Source of the DNA: Andalucia godoyi And28
Lineage: Eukaryota; Protista; Jakobida
NCBI GenBank assembly: GCA_009859145.1
Contig: VRVR01000039.1
Coordinates: 128,284-192,283 of the forward strand
Direction: 5' to 3'
Length of the DNA stretch: 64,000 nt
Below are positions 1-9,211 of this stretch, piece after piece. The notes under the pieces were generated by a model. The model was not told where the DNA came from. It saw nothing but the letters and a program-made list of their open reading frames with translations, and made no database searches. Each line of letters opens with the position of its first letter. Position 1 is the stretch's first letter. Position numbers and translations under genes: made by a program.

Positions 1-89
1 CCGGAACAACAAAAACATGAACAACGATTTTACGTGCCGGTATATACACTTCATTCTCTTTGGCATTTGCTTCTCTGTGATCGGATTCC

Positions 90-791
90 TCAATTTGCAA
101 TCTGCTGCTTGGCACGCTGAGCAGGCTCCGGGGCAACCTCGGCCACTGGCTCTCTTTCGGGGACGCCAACATCCAGTGCATGGTCTTCTGCAGCATGCTC
201 CGCAACCGCGGCATTCGCACCACCCTTGTCCGTTTCCGTGTCCAAATACGAAGAATCGCCTTCCATCTGCATTTCGAGTTCTAGTCCCTCCAATTCCGCA
301 TCCAAATCCGCTTCGTCCATATCTTCAGGGACACCGTATGTCCGACCAAGAGCTTCCTGAATCTCCGAAGCATCTTCGAACACGTCGCTCATGTCGTCCT
401 GGAGCTTCTCAACATCCTCGATCTTGATGTTTTTGTACTGTTTTTTCAGTTCTTTGTGCGCTACCTTCATCGACGAGACCGTATCGATAGTCGTCTGGGC
501 CGTTTCTTTTGCAAAGGCGGTCTGTTCGATGTTGAACTGCTGAGAACGGACATTGTCAAGCTGACCCTCATACATTCGCTTCTGCTGCAAGACCCTCAGC
601 GCCCGCTGCTTCATCCGCGTCTTCGCAGGACCGTCCGGCATCTTTGCCATTTGGTTCTTGAAAGACACGAGCTCCGCATCCAGACGCTTAATCTTGGAGT
701 CAATGGACTCTGTACGGCTGTCGAGACGACTCGAAACATCATCAAGGGTCGCAGCAGGCTGACTCTTGGAAGAACCAAATAATCGTCGCAT
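90..791 (-). CDS. CHMP5: ESCRT-III Snf7-family protein Vps60/CHMP5
   Basis: 233 aa; MRRLFG N-terminus, KQRALRVLQQKRMYE, QQFNIEQ and IQEALGRTYGVPED..DEADLDAEL match CHMP5/Vps60. Confidence 0.93.
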   Translation of the reverse strand: MRRLFGSSKSQPAATLDDVSSRLDSRTESIDSKIKRLDAELVSFKNQMAKMPDGPAKTRMKQRALRVLQQKRMYEGQLDNVRSQQFNIEQTAFAKETAQTTIDTVSSMKVAHKELKKQYKNIKIEDVEKLQDDMSDVFEDASEIQEALGRTYGVPEDMDEADLDAELEGLELEMQMEGDSSYLDTETDKGGANAAVAEHAAEDHALDVGVPEREPVAEVAPEPAQRAKQQIAN

Positions 792-1277
792 TCTATTTTG
801 CCTCTTGTTTCCCCGCTCTTCTTTTTCTTCTCACAGGAGATGCAAGGCAATGAGTTGAGAGTGCAAGTGTAGGAACAACCACAACCGCAGCAAGAACAAC
901 AACAAACAATAAGCGGTAGAATTTAAAGTCGGTATAAGAAGAAGAACAGAAAAACCGTAAAAAACAAAGAGAAAATCGTGGGATTGGTCGTGAAGAGCAT
1001 GGTTGCGTATGGTGTGGATTTGTGTGACAAACACAAAAACTCGACTGTCGACACGAATCTCTTGGATGCCAGGATTGATGCTTGATTCTGAATCTGGTCG
1101 TCGGTTACGAAATGCCTGCTGTTTCTGCTGCTTTTTTTTAAAAATTTAATTAGCAAGTTGTTGTTGTTGTTGATGTTGTTGTTGTTTCTTCTTTCTTCTT
1201 ACCTGTTTGTTTTCATTTCGTTTTGTTTATGTTTTGTGATTTGCTCTGAGAAGAATTGGAAAGCTGAGTGCTCAGGA

Positions 1278-4200
1278 ATGTCGGGCTTGGAAGAATCTCT
1301 GGTGCATTCACTGCCGTCTGTTCCGCTGAAGCAGACTGCGCTGGATCCAATTCCATCGTCAAAAAGCAGGCTGGAGGCATATCAGTTCCGCGTCGAAGAA
1401 CAACACCGAAGGCGCATTCAATCGTACCAAGCGCAAGTCGCAGATATTGCCAAAGATATTGAAACACGAATTTTGACGGCGTCAAGTTCGCTGTTTGAGC
1501 GACAACTTGTTCGCTGCGAAACAGCAGACAGTCAGGCTTCCTTGTCGAATTCTCGAAAGTTGCATTCGTCCAAGAAGGCTGTGAGAGTTGCAGAGCATGT
1601 TGGACAACTGGAGGATGCTTGCGCTGTTGGGAAAAGGGCGCTGGCGTATTTATTTTCATTGGAAGATGAGCGCAAAAGAAGAATTGCAAATGCGCTCGTC
1701 ACGCTGAGCACGGATTTGCTTGATATTGGGGTGTTTCTTCAGCCTGAAATCCGGGCGTTTGTTTCGAACGAATTGGAGTCGCAGTGTCGCGTGACAGAGG
1801 AAAATAGGAGGTTATACGTTAAACTGGTTAAGAGGAAAGTCGAGGACATGGTCGCGACCGATGAACAAAAGGAACGCGATGCGTTTGAACTTGCCAAACA
1901 AGCAAGGTTGCAGGAATGCGACTTGCTGCAGCGCACGTTTTATTATCCGCCTCTTTCAACAGAACACGGTCGTGTGTACTCAACCATGTATATTGCAGAG
2001 TTTGCAAGAAGTGCGCAGTCTCTCAAGTCGGAATTGCAAATCCTTCAATCGTTTTATTCTCCATTTGTGTTTCGTTTGGATTTTTCAAAGCTTGACCGCG
2101 AACTGTCTGTCCTGCAATCAAGCTTCAATAAGACCATGGAAGACACGAATTCTGGCCATAGGAGCAATCATAGCAACAGCAGCACCGATGCCGACATGGC
2201 AGAATTTGAATGGAGTAAGGGGAATGCCAAGGCTATGTTGGATCCGTTGAAGCTTTCCGAGATTATCGAGCATTTGAATTTACGGGTGCGTTCTCTTGAA
2301 AAGCTTGCAGCTCGGGTGTCAGACCAGGTCAAGTTTGAAAATCGTCAGTATGTGGTGACTTGTGACGCGAAAAGAGATGCTGCGCTTGCTGAATTTCCTG
2401 CTCCGAAGTTTGCCTTGGATCTTCCGAAGATCGATATCGATACGGAGACTGTTGACGTTCCTGACTACACGCCAATTGTTCAAATCTCTCAGGCAATCGT
2501 GACTGAGCAGTGCAACATGTTCAAGGCAGCCTTGGAGCAGCTGATTTTGTACTTCGATAAGTGGTCCAATTCCTTGGGCGACCAGCAGTCGGAATGGCTG
2601 TCCTACTTGCGAAACTATCACGAGTATCTTCGTTTACGGGATGATCGCAGGAAAACTGGCATCAGCACCGACGATTTAACAGTTGTGGAAGAACGTCCCG
2701 GTGGACCTCTTCCAATAGTCGCCCCAGAATCGCCGGGATCGCTGTTTCCGGACCAATTCTCCGGTATTGCTGCATCAATGAAGGATTATTTTCTGCGGGT
2801 ATCAGACTCTTTTGTCGTATCGGAAACTGCAAAGTTCGTTTTGTCTTGCGAGGATCGCAAGAGGCGAGAGGAAGTAGAAGCGCTTAAAGCAAAGAGGCTT
2901 GAACAAGGAAACTTCGAAAAGACTCGAAAAGAGCGTGAGTTGGCAGCTCGGGAGCAGCAAAGGACCGAAAAACGCTTGCGCGACGCGGTGACTCGTGTTG
3001 CGGAATTAGAGGCCAGAATACGAAGTTTTGCAACGGAATATGCAGATGCGGCAAAAGAACCGTTGCCAAATGCATCTGCATTGTTTGCATTGCAACGGAA
3101 GATGGCTTCTATCAAGGAAAGCGCTGGCAATTTGCAGAAGCAAGTCCAGCAAGCGAAGATTCTGATCGCCGATGCAAACGATCAGGAAGCTGCCCATGCC
3201 GTTCTCAGCGCAGCTCCCGTTTTCGCCTCGGACGTGGCGAATTCGTTTTCGCAGACAGACAGTTCGTTCTCCAAGGTTTCCGATGCAAAATCAAAGGAGT
3301 TTGCGGAAGTCCAGAAGCGAGAGTCGGCTTACAAGGCAAAACAGTCTGCAATGCGCTCTCTGATTGCTGGTTCTCAGCATGCTCAGGAACAGCTGCAGGT
3401 GATGTGTGACTCTTCATGGTCTGACATCCCCCAGGTTGAATCTTTGGCAAAGACGCTATATGCTCGTGGAGTCGAGTTGTCTGTCCTTAAGGAGCCTTAC
3501 TGGACTTCGATTTCTCCGTCGCAGTCTCTGGATCAGCGCGCACCGAAGGATTTCTCAAAGGAGTCTCTTGTTCAGCACCTTGAAGTTGCTGTTCCTGCGT
3601 ATGCTCGACAAGTGGCACTTATGGAATTCTGTATGCTTCGCTTTCCCAAAACATATTTTTCGACGGTCGAGTCCAAAATGATCGAGGAGGTGCAAAATGA
3701 AGACCGCCGTCGAGCTATGTTGTTTGATGCCTTGTGGAAAGAGAGTGTGGGGGAGCGTCGAAAACACACACAACAGTTGTCTCCTTCGCTGTCCAACCCT
3801 GCGCTTTTCCCAGTTCTTGAGAAGCTTCTGGTGGCAGAAGAAAGTCGACGGTCTGCAATTGTCACTCAAATTCAGGCGTATAGGACGGATGCGTTGGCAT
3901 TTCTGCTTGGATTCTTTGCCCGATCTGCTCAGAGCGTTTGTGGTGACTTCAAGGCAGTGTGTCAGGTGTTTGACAACATGCCCTACGTTGCAGACTTGAC
4001 ATCCTCAGCTGCAGAATTTGCCCGTCCTGAGAATGCAGCGACAAATGTTAAACGCAAGAATTTCTTGGAGCTCCTTAAACCAAGGCTGGAAACAAAAGTT
4101 CCGGACCGGAAGGCTGCGAAATCGACTGTTTCGGTATCTGTTTCCTTCTCCGAGAATGGTGTTCCGAAGACTGTCAAGGAAGAGTTTGCTTCAAATGAAA

Positions 4201-4376
4201 CGAATGCACATCAGGAAGCCCAGCGCAGTGCCCAGGCGGTGTTAGATAAGCTGCGGAGCCTTGTAGAAATGAGAACAGGGGAGATCAACCAGCGGTGCAG
4301 TAGTTGTGTCAAAGAGGAGGAAAACTTTAGAATCGGCTGGGAGTGCACAGTCAAGACTATTCGTCCGCAGGCGTAA
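1278..4376 (+). CDS. CCDC180: CCDC180/CFAP76-like coiled-coil flagellar protein (DUF4455/DUF4456-like)
   Basis: Long coiled-coil ORF. The ORF-track start at 1158 is a TTG in a (TTG)n tract; the likely start is ATG 1278 (MSGLEES). C-terminal KHTQQLSPSLSNPALFPVLEKLLVAEESRR resembles the DUF4456 LRPxLGHP...EExR motif. Confidence 0.6.
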   Translation: MSGLEESLVHSLPSVPLKQTALDPIPSSKSRLEAYQFRVEEQHRRRIQSYQAQVADIAKDIETRILTASSSLFERQLVRCETADSQASLSNSRKLHSSKKAVRVAEHVGQLEDACAVGKRALAYLFSLEDERKRRIANALVTLSTDLLDIGVFLQPEIRAFVSNELESQCRVTEENRRLYVKLVKRKVEDMVATDEQKERDAFELAKQARLQECDLLQRTFYYPPLSTEHGRVYSTMYIAEFARSAQSLKSELQILQSFYSPFVFRLDFSKLDRELSVLQSSFNKTMEDTNSGHRSNHSNSSTDADMAEFEWSKGNAKAMLDPLKLSEIIEHLNLRVRSLEKLAARVSDQVKFENRQYVVTCDAKRDAALAEFPAPKFALDLPKIDIDTETVDVPDYTPIVQISQAIVTEQCNMFKAALEQLILYFDKWSNSLGDQQSEWLSYLRNYHEYLRLRDDRRKTGISTDDLTVVEERPGGPLPIVAPESPGSLFPDQFSGIAASMKDYFLRVSDSFVVSETAKFVLSCEDRKRREEVEALKAKRLEQGNFEKTRKERELAAREQQRTEKRLRDAVTRVAELEARIRSFATEYADAAKEPLPNASALFALQRKMASIKESAGNLQKQVQQAKILIADANDQEAAHAVLSAAPVFASDVANSFSQTDSSFSKVSDAKSKEFAEVQKRESAYKAKQSAMRSLIAGSQHAQEQLQVMCDSSWSDIPQVESLAKTLYARGVELSVLKEPYWTSISPSQSLDQRAPKDFSKESLVQHLEVAVPAYARQVALMEFCMLRFPKTYFSTVESKMIEEVQNEDRRRAMLFDALWKESVGERRKHTQQLSPSLSNPALFPVLEKLLVAEESRRSAIVTQIQAYRTDALAFLLGFFARSAQSVCGDFKAVCQVFDNMPYVADLTSSAAEFARPENAATNVKRKNFLELLKPRLETKVPDRKAAKSTVSVSVSFSENGVPKTVKEEFASNETNAHQEAQRSAQAVLDKLRSLVEMRTGEINQRCSSCVKEEENFRIGWECTVKTIRPQA

Positions 4377-4433
4377 TGGCACTGGTGTTTTCTTCAATGA
4401 TTGTAGTGTATTGATTCATAGTGTCTAATATCT

Positions 4434-5075
4434 TCATTGTAAACACTTTTCGTTTGCAACTGTACATTCTGTTCGAAATTTGATTGCGAGCACCGGCGCG
4501 AGCCAAGTGGAGAGACCGTGACGTTCAAGACTGCTGCGTGCCAGCTGCAGGGATTGGTGGAATTTTGCATTCACACCATTCATTCCATGCATGAACAGCA
4601 GTGCATTATTCGTCTCAGGTCTGCACATGCTTTGCAAACATTGCACGTCCTTATTATCGAGAAACACCACCAAGCTCGCTGGTTGCTGAGCGCCCAACGA
4701 ACATGCCCAAATGCCTCGCTCGGCAACAACCGGTTGCAAAGAATAATTCTGTAGCATTTCCTCACATCCGGAATCGAGCAACAGCGCCTTGATGCACCCG
4801 TTCTTGATCATCTCTTGAAACCACGGAGCGTGGTTCAACTGCAGCTGGAAGAGCATGGGATCCGAAAAGTGAAAAACACACTCTTCGCCAGTGCGCCTGT
4901 TACTCTGCATCCGGCCTTCAAAGCGGCATTCATTTGCCTCAACGTTTGTGAGACGAAATCGGAGATCAGGATAAAACGCTGAGAGAAGTCGCGCCACGTA
5001 GTGCCCCGCGTACCCTGTTTCAACCGCCGTGCCAACACTGCTGTTCTGGAGCGAAAACACAGCGATGCGGCACAT
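4434..5075 (-). CDS. hypothetical protein (213 aa; 5' structure uncertain)
   Basis: ATG-started ORF filling the gap between genes, convergent with CCDC180 (57-bp gap); no recognised motif. Confidence 0.4.
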   Translation of the reverse strand: MCRIAVFSLQNSSVGTAVETGYAGHYVARLLSAFYPDLRFRLTNVEANECRFEGRMQSNRRTGEECVFHFSDPMLFQLQLNHAPWFQEMIKNGCIKALLLDSGCEEMLQNYSLQPVVAERGIWACSLGAQQPASLVVFLDNKDVQCLQSMCRPETNNALLFMHGMNGVNAKFHQSLQLARSSLERHGLSTWLAPVLAIKFRTECTVANEKCLQ

Positions 5076-5772
5076 CGATTCTCATCGGCGAACTGACTCG
5101 CTTTCGGCAAATCCGCTTGCTATCACGCTCTCTTTCCAGCGGACAGGAGTTTCCAGACAACAGTCGTGTCACCGTCACACGCGTGGCCCGAGACGCCGAG
5201 GACTGCGGGTGCGTGCGCGGGAACTGGAAATGAGAGAAAGAATGGGCTCGCACAGCACATGTTGATGTTTTCGAAATGTCCGACAAGCCGTGAAAGAAAG
5301 AGCCTCATGTCTTAAAACTCATTCCAGTCGGATGAGTTCTCCAATTTGACAGCGTCTGATTGCTGCTGTCATTTTCGCGAAGCTTCTGCTTGTTTCCGTT
5401 TGCTGAGATTCCATTCGCGATCGCAGCAGTTCACGTCCACCATCCACCAAAAATTTCTACCAGATCACCCCAACCCTCTAAATCGCGTGCCTGCTGGACG
5501 ATCGCAGGGATTAGCCACCAAAACAAAAAAACAAGTCCTTTCTGGTTGTTACGAACCCCCCCACCTGCCCCCCCAAGGCTTGCAACGCGCAATACTTTTT
5601 CAAAAACTGCCTGCAGCTATCCCAAACTACCCAGGTCCTGTCGAGATACTCTCTTCTTTGTTTGTGTGTGTTCTGTTTACTTCCCCCCCGGTCACGAACT
5701 GGCTTATTGAGAAATCTCCCGTTTTGTACATTGCATCTATTCTGATATTAGGCATCGTGCTGCGCTCGGTGA

Positions 5773-6513
5773 ATGGCACGAGTAATTCCGTGTGCAAAGC
5801 CCTCGTCCAGTCACGTTTCTCCGACCACAACCCCATATTCTGATTCTGTGCTGTGGGGTCCGATTGCTACGCATTCCCCATATTCTACACTTTTGCACCA
5901 CCAACAACAACATCAGCAGCAGCAAGGACAAGGACAAGGACAAGGACAAGGACGACGGGAGCAGCATTCTCTGCCGTTATCGTCGAAGCGTCCGTCGTTT
6001 CAGTCGCTGTTGCGCAATTCGATTCCGGAGGGTCCACAGCCCGAGTCCGGAATGATGACTCCGTATGTGCCCGATATTCCAGAAGAATCTTTGCAGTACA
6101 CGCTCGATGGCTGTCCTGTGGATGCTGACGAGATTTACGGTCTTCTACGTCCTATCTTGGACCCAGAGCACTCCAAGACACTCGAAGCTCTTGGTGTGAT
6201 TCGGCAAGGCTGCGTGACCGTCTCGTCCTTGCCTCTGTCCAAGCATATTCTTGTACATGTGCAGTTTATTCCAACGGTCAAGCATTGCGCATTGGCTTCC
6301 ACGATTGGTCTCTGTTTGCAGCACCGTATTCGAGAGTCGCTAACTGGCATTCGAGGCGTCAAGATACTTGTGACATTGGCTCCTGGTTCGCATGACCAAG
6401 AGACAGAACTCAATCAACAGATCAATGACAAGGAGCGGGTTGCTGCTGCACTGGAAAATGCAGACTTAGCAGCGCTGGTGAACAGATTGGTTTATCCATC
6501 AGACTCGTACTAG
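5773..6513 (+). CDS. CIA2: cytosolic Fe-S assembly component CIA2/MIP18 (FAM96 family)
   Basis: DPEHSKTLEALGV, FIPTVKHCALASTIGLCL and QINDKERVAAALEN motifs. N-terminal Q/QG-rich extension; an alternative start lies near 6052. Confidence 0.92.
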   Translation: MARVIPCAKPSSSHVSPTTTPYSDSVLWGPIATHSPYSTLLHHQQQHQQQQGQGQGQGQGRREQHSLPLSSKRPSFQSLLRNSIPEGPQPESGMMTPYVPDIPEESLQYTLDGCPVDADEIYGLLRPILDPEHSKTLEALGVIRQGCVTVSSLPLSKHILVHVQFIPTVKHCALASTIGLCLQHRIRESLTGIRGVKILVTLAPGSHDQETELNQQINDKERVAAALENADLAALVNRLVYPSDSY

Positions 6514-6794
6514 TCGATTTTTCCCTCGTTCTTCTTTGCCCCGTTTGAGGATCACGTGCGTTTCGTTATTTCCGCACTGCTTTCAGCGCCTCCCTTTTGT
6601 ACTGTATTATTCATTGCTGGACTCCAGCACACCACAAATCCAAAAACGTTAGATGTACATATTTACGCCATTTTCTTGCTTGCAGTAGGAAAGTATCCGT
6701 CATGCGTTACGAATCAGGAGGGGAAACAACAAGATCCTTCATCTGCAAACAAGTTCAAAAACACAAAAGGGACATCTCTTCGCATGTTTACCGT

Positions 6795-8522
6795 CTAGCT
6801 AGTTTTCTCCTCCAAAAACTTGATAAACCGTTTTGCGTATGCCTTTGGAGGAACAGCACTCATGGCGTACCGGTCGTGCGCAATCGCCTTGAATTGGTGC
6901 TCAAACCACTTCCTCCAGTCATAGTCTTGCAATATATCTATGATTCCCATGTGATATCCGCCGTTTGAATCAATGCCAAGCAACAACGAGTAATCCATGA
7001 TATTTTGCTTGGACAAGAACCGGGCATCTCGTCTCACTTGTTCCAAAAACTCTTCTCGCTTTCCATTCATTGGAATAGGCTGGACGAGATTGAGATCCTT
7101 GCGAATGCAACCTGGTTTTTTCAATTCTTCGTCTGAAGCGCACCGACCAAGAGTAGATCCCTTTAGATCGTACTTTGTGACAATCGGACGATCGGCAGGG
7201 AAAATGTTATTCATAATGATCAAACGAATCTTTCTTCCAGAGTGCGGCTTGATACGAAACATGCCGTAAAACCTTGACAGCATCGTATCCTTGTTCGCAA
7301 CAATATGCTGGTAGTACTGCGGCAAAATCCTGCGGAAGAATTTTCCTTCATTATGAGTCAAAGTTTTGATGATGTACTGCATATCCTCTGAGAAGTAGAA
7401 AAGAGCACCCGACTTGCCAGCAGTCCGCAGTTCGCGTAAAGAGTTGTCGCCGCAAATAGAAAGCATGAAATCGCCAGCATCGATGCCAAACGTCTCTCTC
7501 AACTTTCGAAAAACCATCGGAGCATACTCTTTGAACTTAAAGGACCGAAAATGATGCGGAGGAGTTTCCAAAGAACCCTGCGTCGGAAAGTAGACCTTAA
7601 CACGAGCCGCAAAGTCAGCTTGTGTAAGGGTCTCTGGCGCTCTCAATGGCGTGATTTTGGAAATAGACACTCGAATTCCCAGTTGGAGGTTGTTCATGAT
7701 TTCAAAAGACTTGTGCCCCTTGTAAATCAGTTCTCCGACGGTATTCTCTCGAACACGTTCTTTCTTTTCGCCAAGAATATTTCCACGATCTCGTCTTTTC
7801 TTCTTTTTCATCGCTTCTGTCTTGTCCATTGACTTCGTTCGTCTCTTTTTCTTTCGTTTTCCAGAAATTTCATTCGAACTACTGCTCGCGGCAACCTGAT
7901 TCTGGCCAGTGGCGGTGCTCGTCGGATTCTCTTGGCCAGCCGCATCCATCTGGCTTCCACTCCTCGATCGCTTCGACCGATCCATGGACGCGGACCTCCT
8001 CGAAACTCGAGGAGGACCTTCACCGATAGTACTGGAAGCGCCTGAAGATCCTCCAATTGCACCCGCATCGACTGTGGCACCAGCACTCGAAACATGCTCT
8101 TGATTCTCGTCTTGAGAAGAAGAAGCGTTCACATCATGATTCACTGAATTGTCAAAATCAGAATCTCCGCTGTCTGATTCTTCGCTGTCAGAGTCATACT
8201 CCCCACTAGAAGAATCATCGTCGTCATTGTCAGAATATTCAGAATCCGAGACGGTCATCGCCGTTGACGGCGTAGTGGGAGAAGTAGCCACAGTAGGCGC
8301 TAGGTACGCAGAATCTGTATGAAGACCACTCCCATTTGCATCGCTAACTGAAGCTGAAGGGTGAACAGCATCGTCGTGAGGTGCAGGAGAGGTTGGGCCC
8401 ACGGACGAGTTTGTGCCGTTGGGCTCACAAGCTGCTTCGGAATGTGCTTTGGATTCTGCGGAAGCACTTTCCGTCAGAACAACCTCGGAAGGTGAAACCG
8501 CTGATTCGGTGGCAAGAGACAT
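6795..8522 (-). CDS. PIP5K: phosphatidylinositol-4-phosphate 5-kinase (PIP5K family)
   Basis: FKFKEYAPMVFRKLRETFGI, GKSGALFYFSED..YIIKT, KYDLKGST, IMDYSLLLGI and GIIDILQDY; acidic/Ser-rich N-terminus. Confidence 0.95.
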   Translation of the reverse strand: MSLATESAVSPSEVVLTESASAESKAHSEAACEPNGTNSSVGPTSPAPHDDAVHPSASVSDANGSGLHTDSAYLAPTVATSPTTPSTAMTVSDSEYSDNDDDDSSSGEYDSDSEESDSGDSDFDNSVNHDVNASSSQDENQEHVSSAGATVDAGAIGGSSGASSTIGEGPPRVSRRSASMDRSKRSRSGSQMDAAGQENPTSTATGQNQVAASSSSNEISGKRKKKRRTKSMDKTEAMKKKKRRDRGNILGEKKERVRENTVGELIYKGHKSFEIMNNLQLGIRVSISKITPLRAPETLTQADFAARVKVYFPTQGSLETPPHHFRSFKFKEYAPMVFRKLRETFGIDAGDFMLSICGDNSLRELRTAGKSGALFYFSEDMQYIIKTLTHNEGKFFRRILPQYYQHIVANKDTMLSRFYGMFRIKPHSGRKIRLIIMNNIFPADRPIVTKYDLKGSTLGRCASDEELKKPGCIRKDLNLVQPIPMNGKREEFLEQVRRDARFLSKQNIMDYSLLLGIDSNGGYHMGIIDILQDYDWRKWFEHQFKAIAHDRYAMSAVPPKAYAKRFIKFLEEKTS

Positions 8523-8550
8523 TGAGAAAATGCAAGTCCAGAAAGAAAAA

Positions 8551-8580
8551 GAAGAAGAAGAAGAAGAAGAAGAAGAAGAA
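8551..8580. repeat. (GAA)10 microsatellite
   Basis: Read directly, 28 nt upstream of the PIP5K start. Confidence 0.9.
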
Positions 8581-9211
8581 GCACGGGCAACAGTTCGCTA
8601 TGGACAGATGTTTTCTGGGAACTGATTGACTAACGTAATGGGCAAAAAAGCCACATAAAAAACACGCCTACCTGGACCAAAATAGAAACCGCGCAATGAT
8701 ACAGGGCCACAACAGAGCTTCTATTTTCTAGTTCTTGCCCTGTCTTTCTTGAATCTTAGTGATAATGTCTTTGAGAAGTGCGCAAAAGAAGAAACAAGAG
8801 GAAGGCAACGAAACGGAAGGTTTGTTTTTCAACAGAAAAATCTGCCACCTCCTCACTTGAGCAAGACTGGTTGCTGGTGCAACGTAGAATCAAGCGATCA
8901 GTCGTTCGTACGACAGTGGATTGTCGGAGACGGCGGTACTGTTTGCTTATACAAGAGAAAAACTTACAAAAAAGGCGTTAACCGGAATTGGACAGCAAGC
9001 CCAGCAAAAAACTTGCAATTGACTGCTCTTGACTGCCTGTGGGGGAAGAGAGAGGGATTGAAGCAGAGGGACCAACCGGACAGTGAAAACACACAGGAAA
9101 AGATGACAACAGACCACTCACCACTGACCGACCGCTCATTTCATTTGCTGAAAGAATAGACCACCAGCAAAGCACATTCGTGTCACTTCCATTGTTGTTC
9201 GAGCATACAAT

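Noticed and set aside
1158-1277. Hydrophobic 'signal peptide' at the start of the 1158 ORF
   Set aside because: Arises from a TTG start in a (TTG)n/pyrimidine-rich UTR tract; ATG 1278 is the plausible start.
5346-5843. 165-aa ORF with a hydrophobic stretch
   Set aside because: TTG start, overlaps the CIA2 5' region and shows no recognisable homology.
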